This document shows, one piece after another, positions 56,519 through 64,000 of a DNA stretch of 64,000 nt. This DNA comes from an uncultured Candidatus Saccharibacteria bacterium (GTDB taxonomy: Bacteria; Patescibacteriota; Minisyncoccia; Phycocordibacterales; XYD1-FULL-46-19). Within the stretch, counting starts at the first letter, position 1, and each line of letters opens with the position of its first letter. The stretch is taken from positions 33,421 through 97,420 of the forward strand of contig CAZEAY010000001.1 of the NCBI GenBank assembly GCA_964510655.1, read 5' to 3'. The position numbers were made by a program, and so were the translations under genes. The notes below the pieces were generated by a model, which had not been told where the DNA came from, ran no database searches, and saw only the letters and a list, made by a program, of their open reading frames with translations.

Positions 56519-57376
56519 ATGTGGAATTTTTCTAAAATATTAAAAATTTCTTTTGGGGTTGTGGCGGTTGTCTGTGTTATTTCTTTCTGGACAGTCGTTT
56601 CGTATTATGCGGGAAAAGAAATTGTGTCTGATAACTCGGGGATGGAGTCGGAGTCTTTATTTAGTGATGAGAGTTGTAATGTGGCGGGGATAAATTTGCA
56701 TGGCGATATTGTGACTTACCATACTAATGATGCTTATGATGATCAGGGAAATCTGATGTATGATCAGACGTCGTCTGATGAGGTGGCGTGGTTTATTGAA
56801 GAGGCACTGGCCAATGATAATATAAAAGCGATTGTGGTGGATGTGGATTCCTATGGTGGATCGCCAGTGGCAGCGGAAGAAATTGCTAATGATATTAAAA
56901 ATAGTAAAAAACCAGTCTTCGCCTATATTCGCGATGTAGGACTTTCCGCAGCTTATTGGGCGGTGAGTGGTGCTGATAAAATATTTGCTTCAAAAAATTC
57001 TGATGTTGGCTCGATTGGGATAACTAGTTCGTATGTAAGTAATGCCGAAAAGAATAAAAAAGATGGTCTTACTTTTGTCGATCTGAGTTCTGCTAAATAT
57101 AAAGATTCGGGTACGCCCGATAAGGTTTTGACGGCCGAGGAACGGGCTTTGTTTTTGCGGGACATAAATATTATGCATGAAAATTTTATTGAAGCCGTGG
57201 CAAGTAATCGCAAACTAGCAACCTCTACTGTTAAAAGTATCGCCGATGGATCAAGTGTTTTGGGAATGAAGGCCAAAGAGCTCGGCCTGATTGATGAGAT
57301 TGGTGGCCCGGCCGAAGTGGAAAAATATTTACAGACAAAAATAGGTGTAAAACCCGAAATTTGTTGGGGGAATTAA
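56519..57376 (+). CDS. sppA: signal peptide peptidase SppA (S49, 36K type)
   Basis: N-terminal TM and the S49 pattern (…VVDVDSYGGSPVAAEEI…AAYWAVSGADKIFASKNSDVGSIGI…). Confidence 0.8.
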   Translation: MWNFSKILKISFGVVAVVCVISFWTVVSYYAGKEIVSDNSGMESESLFSDESCNVAGINLHGDIVTYHTNDAYDDQGNLMYDQTSSDEVAWFIEEALANDNIKAIVVDVDSYGGSPVAAEEIANDIKNSKKPVFAYIRDVGLSAAYWAVSGADKIFASKNSDVGSIGITSSYVSNAEKNKKDGLTFVDLSSAKYKDSGTPDKVLTAEERALFLRDINIMHENFIEAVASNRKLATSTVKSIADGSSVLGMKAKELGLIDEIGGPAEVEKYLQTKIGVKPEICWGN

Positions 57377-57393
57377 GTTTAAAAATAAATATC

Positions 57394-57744
57394 ATGTCTA
57401 ATAATAACGAGTTGGAAAATATTAAAGAACAGATCCAAGAGTTGTCGGACCGATTGGATCTGTTTGCAGAACGGCAGAATGCTCAATTTACTGAGATGAT
57501 GTTTTTATTAAATGATATCAGTGCCAATGTTTTAGAGAAGAGGAACGAAAGCCAGATGTCAGATGACGAACTGTATGAAGAAGCAGAAATAGCTGTAATT
57601 CAAGCTAAAAAGGCTTCAGCTTCTTTTTTGCAAAGAAAGTTTAAAATTGGTTACGCTCGAGCTGCTAATTTGATGGATTTACTTGAAAAAAATGGAGTCA
57701 TTGGTACCGCTGAAGGGTCTTATCCTCGTAAAGTTTTAGGGTAA
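57394..57744 (+). CDS. small protein with a C-terminal FtsK-gamma-like winged-helix domain
   Basis: …EAEIAVIQAKKASASFLQRKFKIGYARAANLMDLLEKNGVIG… matches the FtsK gamma (KOPS-binding) domain pattern. Start set at the internal ATG (MSNNNE). Confidence 0.5.
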   Translation: MSNNNELENIKEQIQELSDRLDLFAERQNAQFTEMMFLLNDISANVLEKRNESQMSDDELYEEAEIAVIQAKKASASFLQRKFKIGYARAANLMDLLEKNGVIGTAEGSYPRKVLG

Positions 57745-57868
57745 AAGATTGTGGGGTAAATATTTTTAAATTAATTTGGTAATTAAAAAGAGCGTCAATC
57801 GTATTTCAGATTGGCGCTCTTTGGGTGTATGCTCTTCGTCTTCACGAGAGTCTCTACTCTTTCTGGAT

Positions 57869-58063
57869 TTACAAACTAATGTCTTCATCCGGAATGTTGC
57901 AACGGCTTCCGCAGGCAGTGCAGTAGTTGTTGCGTTTGTAGATTCTATTGCTACAGGGGCAGAAGAATTTCTTTATTTCCTCCAATTCTTTCCCGCACAC
58001 CGAGCAAAACTTCTCATCATCAAAGAACAATTCAGTCCTATGATCTGGACACATTTTCGCCAT
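57869..58063 (-). CDS. hypothetical zinc-ribbon protein (four CxxC pairs)
   Basis: CPDH…CSVC…CPC…CTAC in 64 aa. A downstream hairpin lies at about 57790-57830. Confidence 0.45.
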   Translation of the reverse strand: MAKMCPDHRTELFFDDEKFCSVCGKELEEIKKFFCPCSNRIYKRNNYCTACGSRCNIPDEDISL

Positions 58064-58411
58064 AGATCTGAGAGTGTGGATTTGCCAACTCCCTATTCAC
58101 CTCCTAGAACCAGATAAATTATTTCTCGAAAGGAATGTCTGGTTATCTGAAAAATATCCTAACAGAAAGACAGTAGATGTCAATATGAAAAAACACACCG
58201 TCCGAGGAGGGTGTGTGGGTGAAAGGGAGAGAAGAGAAAAGGTGGGTTTGGTTGGCTAGGTAGCGAAGGGGTGGGGGAAGGGTGATGAAGTATTCATCGG
58301 GTGGGGGGGTGGCTACTGAGCGAACCAAACTTTTTTGTCTACTCTCGGAAAGATCAACTAACTACAGTATATACCTGTCAAATATCTTGTCAACAAAACT
58401 GTGGATAACTT

Positions 58412-58438
58412 CGGAAGGTTTCGCCTTCCGTTTTTTTA
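58412..58438 (+). terminator. intrinsic terminator ending an unannotated plus-strand transcript
   Basis: cggaaggtttcgccttccg followed by T7. Confidence 0.7.
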
Positions 58439-58582
58439 ATTTTTTTAGTGTAATTTTTCGATGAAGAAGACGGAGCTGTGTATAACTTCTTGGAGTTTTG
58501 ATTTTAATTGAGATAAAATTAATGTAGGTCGATTAATTTCGAATTCTCTATTGTTAAAAATTATTAGTTAAATCAAAGATAG

Positions 58583-58774
58583 ATGAAATTTTTAAATTGG
58601 CTAACTGTCATTTTAGTCATCGTCGGTGGTCTTAACTGGGGGCTTGTCGGCTTGGCTCAATATGACTTGGTACAAGCTCTCTTTGGTAGTATTGCTGGTG
58701 CTGCCAACCTTGTTTATATCTTGGTCGGGCTTTCAGCGGTCTATCTTCTTTTCCGAATCAAGAGTTTGGTCTAA
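58583..58774 (+). CDS. DUF378 family small membrane protein
   Basis: Two TM helices with the family pattern (…VIVGGLNWGLVGL…). Confidence 0.65.
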   Translation: MKFLNWLTVILVIVGGLNWGLVGLAQYDLVQALFGSIAGAANLVYILVGLSAVYLLFRIKSLV

Positions 58775-58853
58775 GACCATATTGATTCAGATAAAAAAGA
58801 TTCAGATAAAAAACATCCTGCTTTGGTGGGGTGTTTTTTTATCCACTACCTGA

Positions 58854-59303
58854 TTGGTGATTTTGCAGTATTATATAATCATGCCTAGTTGGATAATTTT
58901 TGCTTTATTGTCGGCGGTTTGTGCGGCTGCCGTAGCAATTTTTGGTAAAATAGGAATTTCTAAGGTGGACAGTACTTTGGCTACCACCTTGCGCGCCATC
59001 GTGATGGCCGGTTTCCTGGTGATCACTTCGCTTTTTTTGAAAAAATTTGATAATTGGCAAAATTTTGATTCTCGTGCCCTCACTTTTATTTTATTGTCAG
59101 GCATCGCCGGAGCGATGTCTTGGCTTTTTTATTTTTTTGCTTTAAAAAAGGGACCAACATCTGGTGTAGCCGCCCTCGATCGAACCAGTGTGGTGTTTGT
59201 GATTATTTTTTCTGTTTTGTTTTTGTCAGAAAAACTAACGTGGAAGATGGCGATTGGTGCCGGTCTAATCGCATTTGGAGCCATTTTTATGGTTTTGCCT
59301 TAA
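58854..59303 (+). CDS. EamA/DMT superfamily small transporter (4 TM)
   Basis: 149 aa, four TM helices, EamA-like half-transporter pattern. Confidence 0.55.
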   Translation: MVILQYYIIMPSWIIFALLSAVCAAAVAIFGKIGISKVDSTLATTLRAIVMAGFLVITSLFLKKFDNWQNFDSRALTFILLSGIAGAMSWLFYFFALKKGPTSGVAALDRTSVVFVIIFSVLFLSEKLTWKMAIGAGLIAFGAIFMVLP

Positions 59304-59324
59304 CAGACTACTAATTTTGTTTTT

Positions 59325-59723
59325 ATGAATAATGCTTATAGTTGGTATGGACGCTTGATTAAACCGTCTTGGGCACCGCCATCGTGGGTCTTTGGTCCAA
59401 TTTGGACTTTTCTCTACATTATTATTGCTGGAACTTTTGGGACGGTTTTTTATAAGGTTCTAACCAAACAGTGGCCGGCGATGGTGGCCCTGCCTTTTGT
59501 TTTAAATTTAATTTTCAACTTAATTTTTACGCCGATTCAGTTTGGTTTACAAAACAACTATTTGGCGGCGGTAGATATTTTGTTGGTTTTAGGGACTTTG
59601 GTCTGGGCGCTTATTGTGGTTTATAAATATGCACCGTGGATTACTTGGGCTAATCAACCCTATTTATTGTGGGTGGTGATTGCTACCACCTTACAAATTA
59701 CTGTGACTTTTTTAAACCGTTAG
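59325..59723 (+). CDS. tspO: TspO/MBR family tryptophan-rich sensory protein
   Basis: W…LIKPSWAPPSWVFGPIWTFLY… signature. Confidence 0.75.
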   Translation: MNNAYSWYGRLIKPSWAPPSWVFGPIWTFLYIIIAGTFGTVFYKVLTKQWPAMVALPFVLNLIFNLIFTPIQFGLQNNYLAAVDILLVLGTLVWALIVVYKYAPWITWANQPYLLWVVIATTLQITVTFLNR

Positions 59724-59724
59724 T

Positions 59725-60231
59725 ATGACAAAAACTATCAGGGTCAACGACAAAATGCAAAAGGGATATGAATATTCTCTTAGTGAACCCGTGGGAAAAA
59801 ATTTCGCTAAAGATTTTAAACCCGACTTAACACCGAAACAAATGTTGGCACTGGGAGTTTTTGGTGGAAAATATATGACTGATTGTGTGAAAGAATTTCC
59901 GGCTGATTGGTATGCGAAGGCCAAACTTTGTCCGAGTAAACATGACCCAAAACTCAATCTTTTTGGTGTGAATGCGAGTCAACCTTTGTCGGTGTGGCAG
60001 AAAAAGGGTTGGATTCATCCGGCTGATCCGCGAGGCTGGTTTCAGTGGTATTGTCGGTATTATTTGGGCCGGAGATTGCCTGGAGAAGACGAGAAACAGA
60101 TTAAACGGTGGAAGGCGATTGGGCGACATATTGCCCAAGTGAAAAAGAATTGTCGGGTGGGGGATATTTCTTGCCGACCAAAACAACGACAAGCCATCTT
60201 GCACTGGGCTTATGATAGTCGAAAGATGTAA
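59725..60231 (+). CDS. conserved hypothetical protein (Trp/Gly-rich; WFQWY motif)
   Basis: 168-aa ORF whose start overlaps the tspO stop; no family recognised. Confidence 0.4.
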   Translation: MTKTIRVNDKMQKGYEYSLSEPVGKNFAKDFKPDLTPKQMLALGVFGGKYMTDCVKEFPADWYAKAKLCPSKHDPKLNLFGVNASQPLSVWQKKGWIHPADPRGWFQWYCRYYLGRRLPGEDEKQIKRWKAIGRHIAQVKKNCRVGDISCRPKQRQAILHWAYDSRKM

Positions 60232-60747
60232 AAACCTTAATAACTATGTTATTGCATTATTTTCTAGATATGATATAATACGATTAATTAAATAGAAGAC
60301 GGGAAGGTAAGTTCGTTGAAAAATAAATTCACAGAACCTCCTCTCATCTTTGTCTGCCTGGCGATCGGTAACTCCGGTCTTTTTTTGTGCCACGGTGGCT
60401 AAAGATGAGAGGGGCGTGTGGATAATTACCATCCACTGATTGTTTTAGTCGAAACAATCAGCTCCTCATAATTTAAAAAGTTATGAGAATATTTCGAGCC
60501 ATCGGATTAGGTTTGGTAATTATTTTTCTTCAGTTTTTGGTACCGAGCATTTGGTCCGGACTGGAACACACGACTCTCCAGTTCTTTCAGACTTTGGATT
60601 CGCTCATGGCTTCCTCACAATTGGCCATTGAGAGTGGGTCCCTCATTCCTAATGCGGATAAACTTATTCCGCATTAACAAAATTAGGCTGTCCTTTTGGG
60701 CAGCTTTTTGTTTTGCGATTTTAGCTCTAATTTGCTATAATTACCCT

Positions 60748-61362
60748 ATGATTATTACACGCTATGGCGCTGCTTTTGTTAAGGTGCAGCAGGGAGATAC
60801 GATTTTTGCCTTTAATCCGATTAGTCGGGAATTTGATTCAAAAGCCACGAAATTTGGAGCTGATGCGGCCTTGATTAGTTTGCATGATCCGATGTTTGCT
60901 GGCGGAGACAACGTTTCTTTTGGTTCAAAAGAAGCCATGATTATTGATGGTCCGGGAGAGTATGAAACGGGTGGAATTTTTGTTCGTGGTTTCCCTTCAG
61001 ATGGTCCTGACGGCAAAATTAATACTATATATACAACTATTATTGATGGAATTCGTTTGTGCCATTTAGGCGGGTTAGCCAAGTCTACTTTGCCTATGGA
61101 TACTGTGGAGGAAATTGGCATCATTGATGTTTTGTTTTTGCCTATTGGAGGTGGGCAATTTTTAAGTCCAAAAGAGGCGATAAAACTAGCAACTTCACTA
61201 GAAGCGAAAATTATTGTTCCTGTTCTTTATAACGGCGATGCAGAATTGAAAGCTTTTCTTAAAGAGGCCGGAGAAGAAAAAGTAGAATCTATTGATAAAT
61301 TAGCTATCAAGAAGAAAGATATTGAAGGTAAAGAAGGAGAAATTATTATTATTAATTCTTAA
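60748..61362 (+). CDS. MBL-fold metal-dependent hydrolase (UPF0173-like)
   Basis: N-terminal MIITRYGAAF… resembles the UPF0173 beta-lactamase-fold hydrolases. A TATAAT box sits at 60735-60740. The longer track ORF from 60628 is probably an N-terminal over-extension. Confidence 0.55.
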   Translation: MIITRYGAAFVKVQQGDTIFAFNPISREFDSKATKFGADAALISLHDPMFAGGDNVSFGSKEAMIIDGPGEYETGGIFVRGFPSDGPDGKINTIYTTIIDGIRLCHLGGLAKSTLPMDTVEEIGIIDVLFLPIGGGQFLSPKEAIKLATSLEAKIIVPVLYNGDAELKAFLKEAGEEKVESIDKLAIKKKDIEGKEGEIIIINS

Positions 61363-61368
61363 AAAATT

Positions 61369-61680
61369 ATGCCCATCAATGAAAAATTGGAAAAGTGGCG
61401 AGATAAGTCAGACAAGGAAAAACACACTTTGGCGATTGTTGGAGCAACTGTTCTAACGTCTTTGGTGGCTATTTTATGGGGATATACTTTTTTTAGTGGT
61501 TTAGCTGGAAGTCCAGCGGAAATTGCTAAAACAGAAGCTTACAGTGAACAATTTTCTCCGCTGGCTCCGTTGAAAAATTTACTTAGTAAAAATGTGGAAA
61601 AAATAAAGGCGGGTGGAGAAAGTGCAAAAAATAGTGCCTCAGCAATATTTTTAGGTAGTACTACTACAGAGAATAATTAA
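61369..61680 (+). CDS. hypothetical membrane-anchored protein
   Basis: 103-aa ORF with one TM helix. Confidence 0.35.
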   Translation: MPINEKLEKWRDKSDKEKHTLAIVGATVLTSLVAILWGYTFFSGLAGSPAEIAKTEAYSEQFSPLAPLKNLLSKNVEKIKAGGESAKNSASAIFLGSTTTENN

Positions 61681-61685
61681 TACAT

Positions 61686-64000
61686 ATGGCGAAAGACAAA
61701 AAAGACAATAAAGTACCGGAAGGAATAGAGGTAGAACATCAAAACGTTTTGCCTGTTAACATTGTGAAAGAGATGGAGGTGTCTTATTTGGACTATGCCA
61801 TGTCGGTTATTGTGGCGCGGGCTTTACCTGATGTCCGTGATGGTTTAAAACCAGTTCATCGTCGGATTCTTTTTTCGATGCACAAAAGTGGTCTAAGTTT
61901 TTCGGCGAAGTATAAAAAATCGGCGACGGTGGTGGGAGATGTGCTTGGTTCTTATCACCCACACGGCGACTCTTCAGTTTACGATGCGATGGTTCGCATG
62001 GCTCAGGATTTTTCTATGCGCTACCCGACTATTTCTGGCCAAGGAAACTTTGGTTCGATCGATGGCGATGGGGCAGCGGCTTATCGCTATACCGAGGCCA
62101 AAATGGCTCGCATTTCCGAAGAACTACTTCGTGACATTGAAAAAGATACTGTCGACTTTGTCTCAAACTACGACGGCCGTTTGAAAGAGCCCACAGTTTT
62201 GCCGGCAGTTATTCCTAATCTTCTATTAAATGGCACCATGGGGATTGCTGTTGGTATGGCGACCAAAATTCCTCCACACAACTTGGGCGAAGTAATGGAT
62301 GCTCTGATTCATATGACCGATAATCCAGAATCGACCACTGATGATCTAATGCAGTTTATCAAGGGTCCAGATTTTCCAACGGCGGGAATTATTTTTAATG
62401 AAAAAGATATCAAGCATGCTTACGCTTCAGGCCGAGGGGGAGTTATGTTGCGCGGAGAGGCGGAAATTGTTGAAAACAAAGCCGGCACTTTTCAGATTAT
62501 TATTTCTTCCATCCCTTATCAAATAAATAAATCCGATTTAATTGTAAAAATTGCCGATTTGGTGCGCGAGAAAAAAGTAGAGGGAATTAGAGATATCCGC
62601 GATGAATCTACTCGTGATATTCGAATTGTGATTGACCTCAAAACGGGTGTTTTGCCACAGCAAATTTTGAATACACTCTATAAAAATACGGAGTTGGAAA
62701 CCATGTTCCACTACAACATGTTGGCCTTGGTGGATGGGGTGCCAAAACTTTTGTCTTTGGAGTCCATCTTGGATGAGTTTATTAAGCACCGCAATGTGGT
62801 GGTGGTTCGTCGGACTAAATATGATTTAGAGGTTGCCTTAGCTCGCGAACATATTCTATTGGGTTTGAAAATTGCCCTTGATCATATTGATGAGGTAATT
62901 AAAACTATCCGTGCTTCTAAAGACACTGAGACTGCTCATGGGGCTTTGATGAAGAAATTTAAGTTGTCCGATTTGCAGGCAACAGCGATTTTGGAAATGC
63001 GCCTACAAAAGTTGGCGGGCTTGGAACGTCAGAAGGTAGAGGATGAACTCAAAGAAAAACAAGCTTTAATTAAAGAATTGCGTGCTATTTTGGCCGATCC
63101 GAAAAAAGTTTTGAAAATTATAAAAGATGAATTTACTGTCATTCGCGATAAATATGGTGATGATCGTAAAACTAAGGTGGTAAAACACGGTGCCAAAGAA
63201 ATAAACGTCGAAGATTTGGTGGCGGAGAAAGAAAATGTTTTGGTAGTAACCTCTGGGGGTTATGTAAAACGTACCGATCCTTCAGAGTATCGTGCACAAA
63301 AGCGTGGTGGAGTGGGAGTGATTGATCTAAACATGAAAGAGGAGGATTTTGTGACTATTTTCTTAACGGCTAATACTCACGATGATTTGTTGTTCTTTAC
63401 TGATAAAGGTAAGGCTTATCAGATTAAGATGTATGATATCCCAGAGGGTAAACGGGCCACTCGTGGAAAATCGGCGACCAACTTCCTTTCCATTTCTTCC
63501 GATGAAAGAATTACTTCAGTCCTTGCCGTTCCAAAAACCGAAAAAGGACAGACTGGCAAATCTTTGATGATGGTCACCAAATTAGGTGTGGCGAAAAAAG
63601 TTTCGGCGGGTAGTTTCTCCGATGTTCGTCGTAGTGGAATTATTGCGATTAAATTGCAAGATGGCGACGAGCTTTTGTCAGTTTTGGCGGTTGCAAAAGG
63701 CGACGATGTGATTATGGCGACTAAATTTGGTCAGTCGATTAGATTTAAGGAGAGTGATATTCGTGAAATGGGCCGTGCCGCAGCCGGGGTGACTGGTATG
63801 AAACTGAAAAAAGGCGATGTTATTTTGGGCGCCAATGGTATCAATGATGTAAATAAAGATGGGGAGTATTTGGTGATGACCTCCAATGGTTACGGTAAGA
63901 AAACTAAACTAAAAGAATATAAAGTACAAAAGCGCGGTGGTTCGGGTATTAAAACAGCCGAGGTTACTAAAAAAACCGGAGAACTGATGGCTAGTCAGGT
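61686..64000 (+). CDS. gyrA: DNA gyrase subunit A (N-terminal about 770 aa; continues beyond the window)
   Basis: My own translation from ATG 61686: [10 protein letters not shown]…[34 protein letters not shown]…[24 protein letters not shown]…, the canonical GyrA N-terminus with the active-site region and QRDR (HPHGDSS). Absent from the ORF track because it has no stop inside the window. Confidence 0.9.
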   Translation, partial: MAKDKKDNKVPEGIEVEHQNVLPVNIVKEMEVSYLDYAMSVIVARALPDVRDGLKPVHRRILFSMHKSGLSFSAKYKKSATVVGDVLGSYHPHGDSSVYDAMVRMAQDFSMRYPTISGQGNFGSIDGDGAAAYRYTEAKMARISEELLRDIEKDTVDFVSNYDGRLKEPTVLPAVIPNLLLNGTMGIAVGMATKIPPHNLGEVMDALIHMTDNPESTTDDLMQFIKGPDFPTAGIIFNEKDIKHAYASGRGGVMLRGEAEIVENKAGTFQIIISSIPYQINKSDLIVKIADLVREKKVEGIRDIRDESTRDIRIVIDLKTGVLPQQILNTLYKNTELETMFHYNMLALVDGVPKLLSLESILDEFIKHRNVVVVRRTKYDLEVALAREHILLGLKIALDHIDEVIKTIRASKDTETAHGALMKKFKLSDLQATAILEMRLQKLAGLERQKVEDELKEKQALIKELRAILADPKKVLKIIKDEFTVIRDKYGDDRKTKVVKHGAKEINVEDLVAEKENVLVVTSGGYVKRTDPSEYRAQKRGGVGVIDLNMKEEDFVTIFLTANTHDDLLFFTDKGKAYQIKMYDIPEGKRATRGKSATNFLSISSDERITSVLAVPKTEKGQTGKSLMMVTKLGVAKKVSAGSFSDVRRSGIIAIKLQDGDELLSVLAVAKGDDVIMATKFGQSIRFKESDIREMGRAAAGVTGMKLKKGDVILGANGINDVNKDGEYLVMTSNGYGKKTKLKEYKVQKRGGSGIKTAEVTKKTGELMASQ

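Noticed and set aside
58401-58409. Perfect DnaA-box sequences TGTGGATAA at 58401 and 60418, which would suggest a replication origin near gyrA
   Set aside because: There are only two isolated boxes, and the second is simply the arm of a 6-bp hairpin (gtggat…atccac). No dnaA or dnaN lies nearby and there is no box cluster, so the evidence for oriC is insufficient.
58780-58822. Tandem 15-bp repeat gattcagataaaaaa x2
   Set aside because: Only two copies in an AT-rich spacer, most likely chance or a trivial duplication.
60483-60677. 64-aa ORF, plus the 60628 start of the MBL-fold gene
   Set aside because: There is no SD and it overlaps the structured leader. The MBL-fold protein aligns from MIITRYG (60748), so the upstream extension and small ORF are probably non-coding (confidence low either way).
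1-64000. CRISPR arrays, rRNA genes, tmRNA and SRP RNA
   Set aside because: No regularly spaced direct repeats were seen. No tmRNA-like 3' tRNA-like end (GGTTCGAATCC…CCACCA) occurs outside the tRNAs. No SRP GGAAGCAGCCAAGGCAG-like motif was seen.

Overview
This 64-kb window looks like chromosomal DNA from a small, AT-rich (by eye about 35-40% GC) bacterial genome with very tight gene packing. Many small secreted and membrane proteins, a class II ribonucleotide reductase and tRNA genes with no encoded CCA suggest a Patescibacteria (CPR)-like organism, but that placement is inference only.

The bulk is housekeeping:
- envelope and secretion: secG, htpX, murJ, lepB, sppA, prsW-like
- translation: valS, hisS, tsaD, lepA, rpsA, rpsU, pth, ybeY
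- division: ftsA-ftsZ and an FtsB-like gene, with trxB just downstream on the same strand
- replication: the 5' part of gyrA
- RNA genes: six tRNAs (Ser-GGA, Gly-CCC, Arg-CCT, Phe-GAA, Val-GAC, Glu-TTC, Ser-CGA, all lacking encoded CCA) and an RNase P RNA (rnpB) on the minus strand after the class II RNR gene (nrdJ)

The clearest accessory region is a defense island at about 46.4-56.5 kb. It runs Fic (canonical HPFx[D/E]GNGR motif), then a type I R-M operon hsdM-hsdS-[713-aa ATPase]-hsdR, then a small PD-(D/E)xK nuclease-like gene abutting the hsdR stop. The 713-aa ATPase has a split ABC head, a coiled coil carrying a CxxC zinc-hook motif, and a C-terminal domain with Rx3E and His motifs. I read that protein as an RloC/PrrC-like anticodon nuclease on sequence pattern alone (no search run), and its effector domain and the adjacent nuclease remain uncharacterised.

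Other unexplained signals:
- a 62-65-bp doubly palindromic repeat built around 'tCGCCCGAACA', with two tandem copies upstream of tRNA-Ser and one between ftsA and ftsZ
- long hairpins that engulf the 3' acceptor ends of tRNA-Arg, tRNA-Phe and tRNA-Glu, including an exact 16-bp direct duplication of the tRNA-Phe 3' end 181 bp away
- several GC-rich islands in the AT-rich background (a secreted beta-helix protein beside tRNA-Val, a 0.9-kb block between pth and rpsA, a small Cys-containing ORF beside rpsU, and a gene beside tRNA-Ser) that fit horizontal acquisition
- a helically phased ACGAAT/ATTCGT hexamer array, a 30-bp perfect palindrome in a divergent promoter, and a G-rich tract ending in an intrinsic terminator

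All functional calls rest on motifs I could read in the sequence and on memory of protein families; no database search or folding was run.
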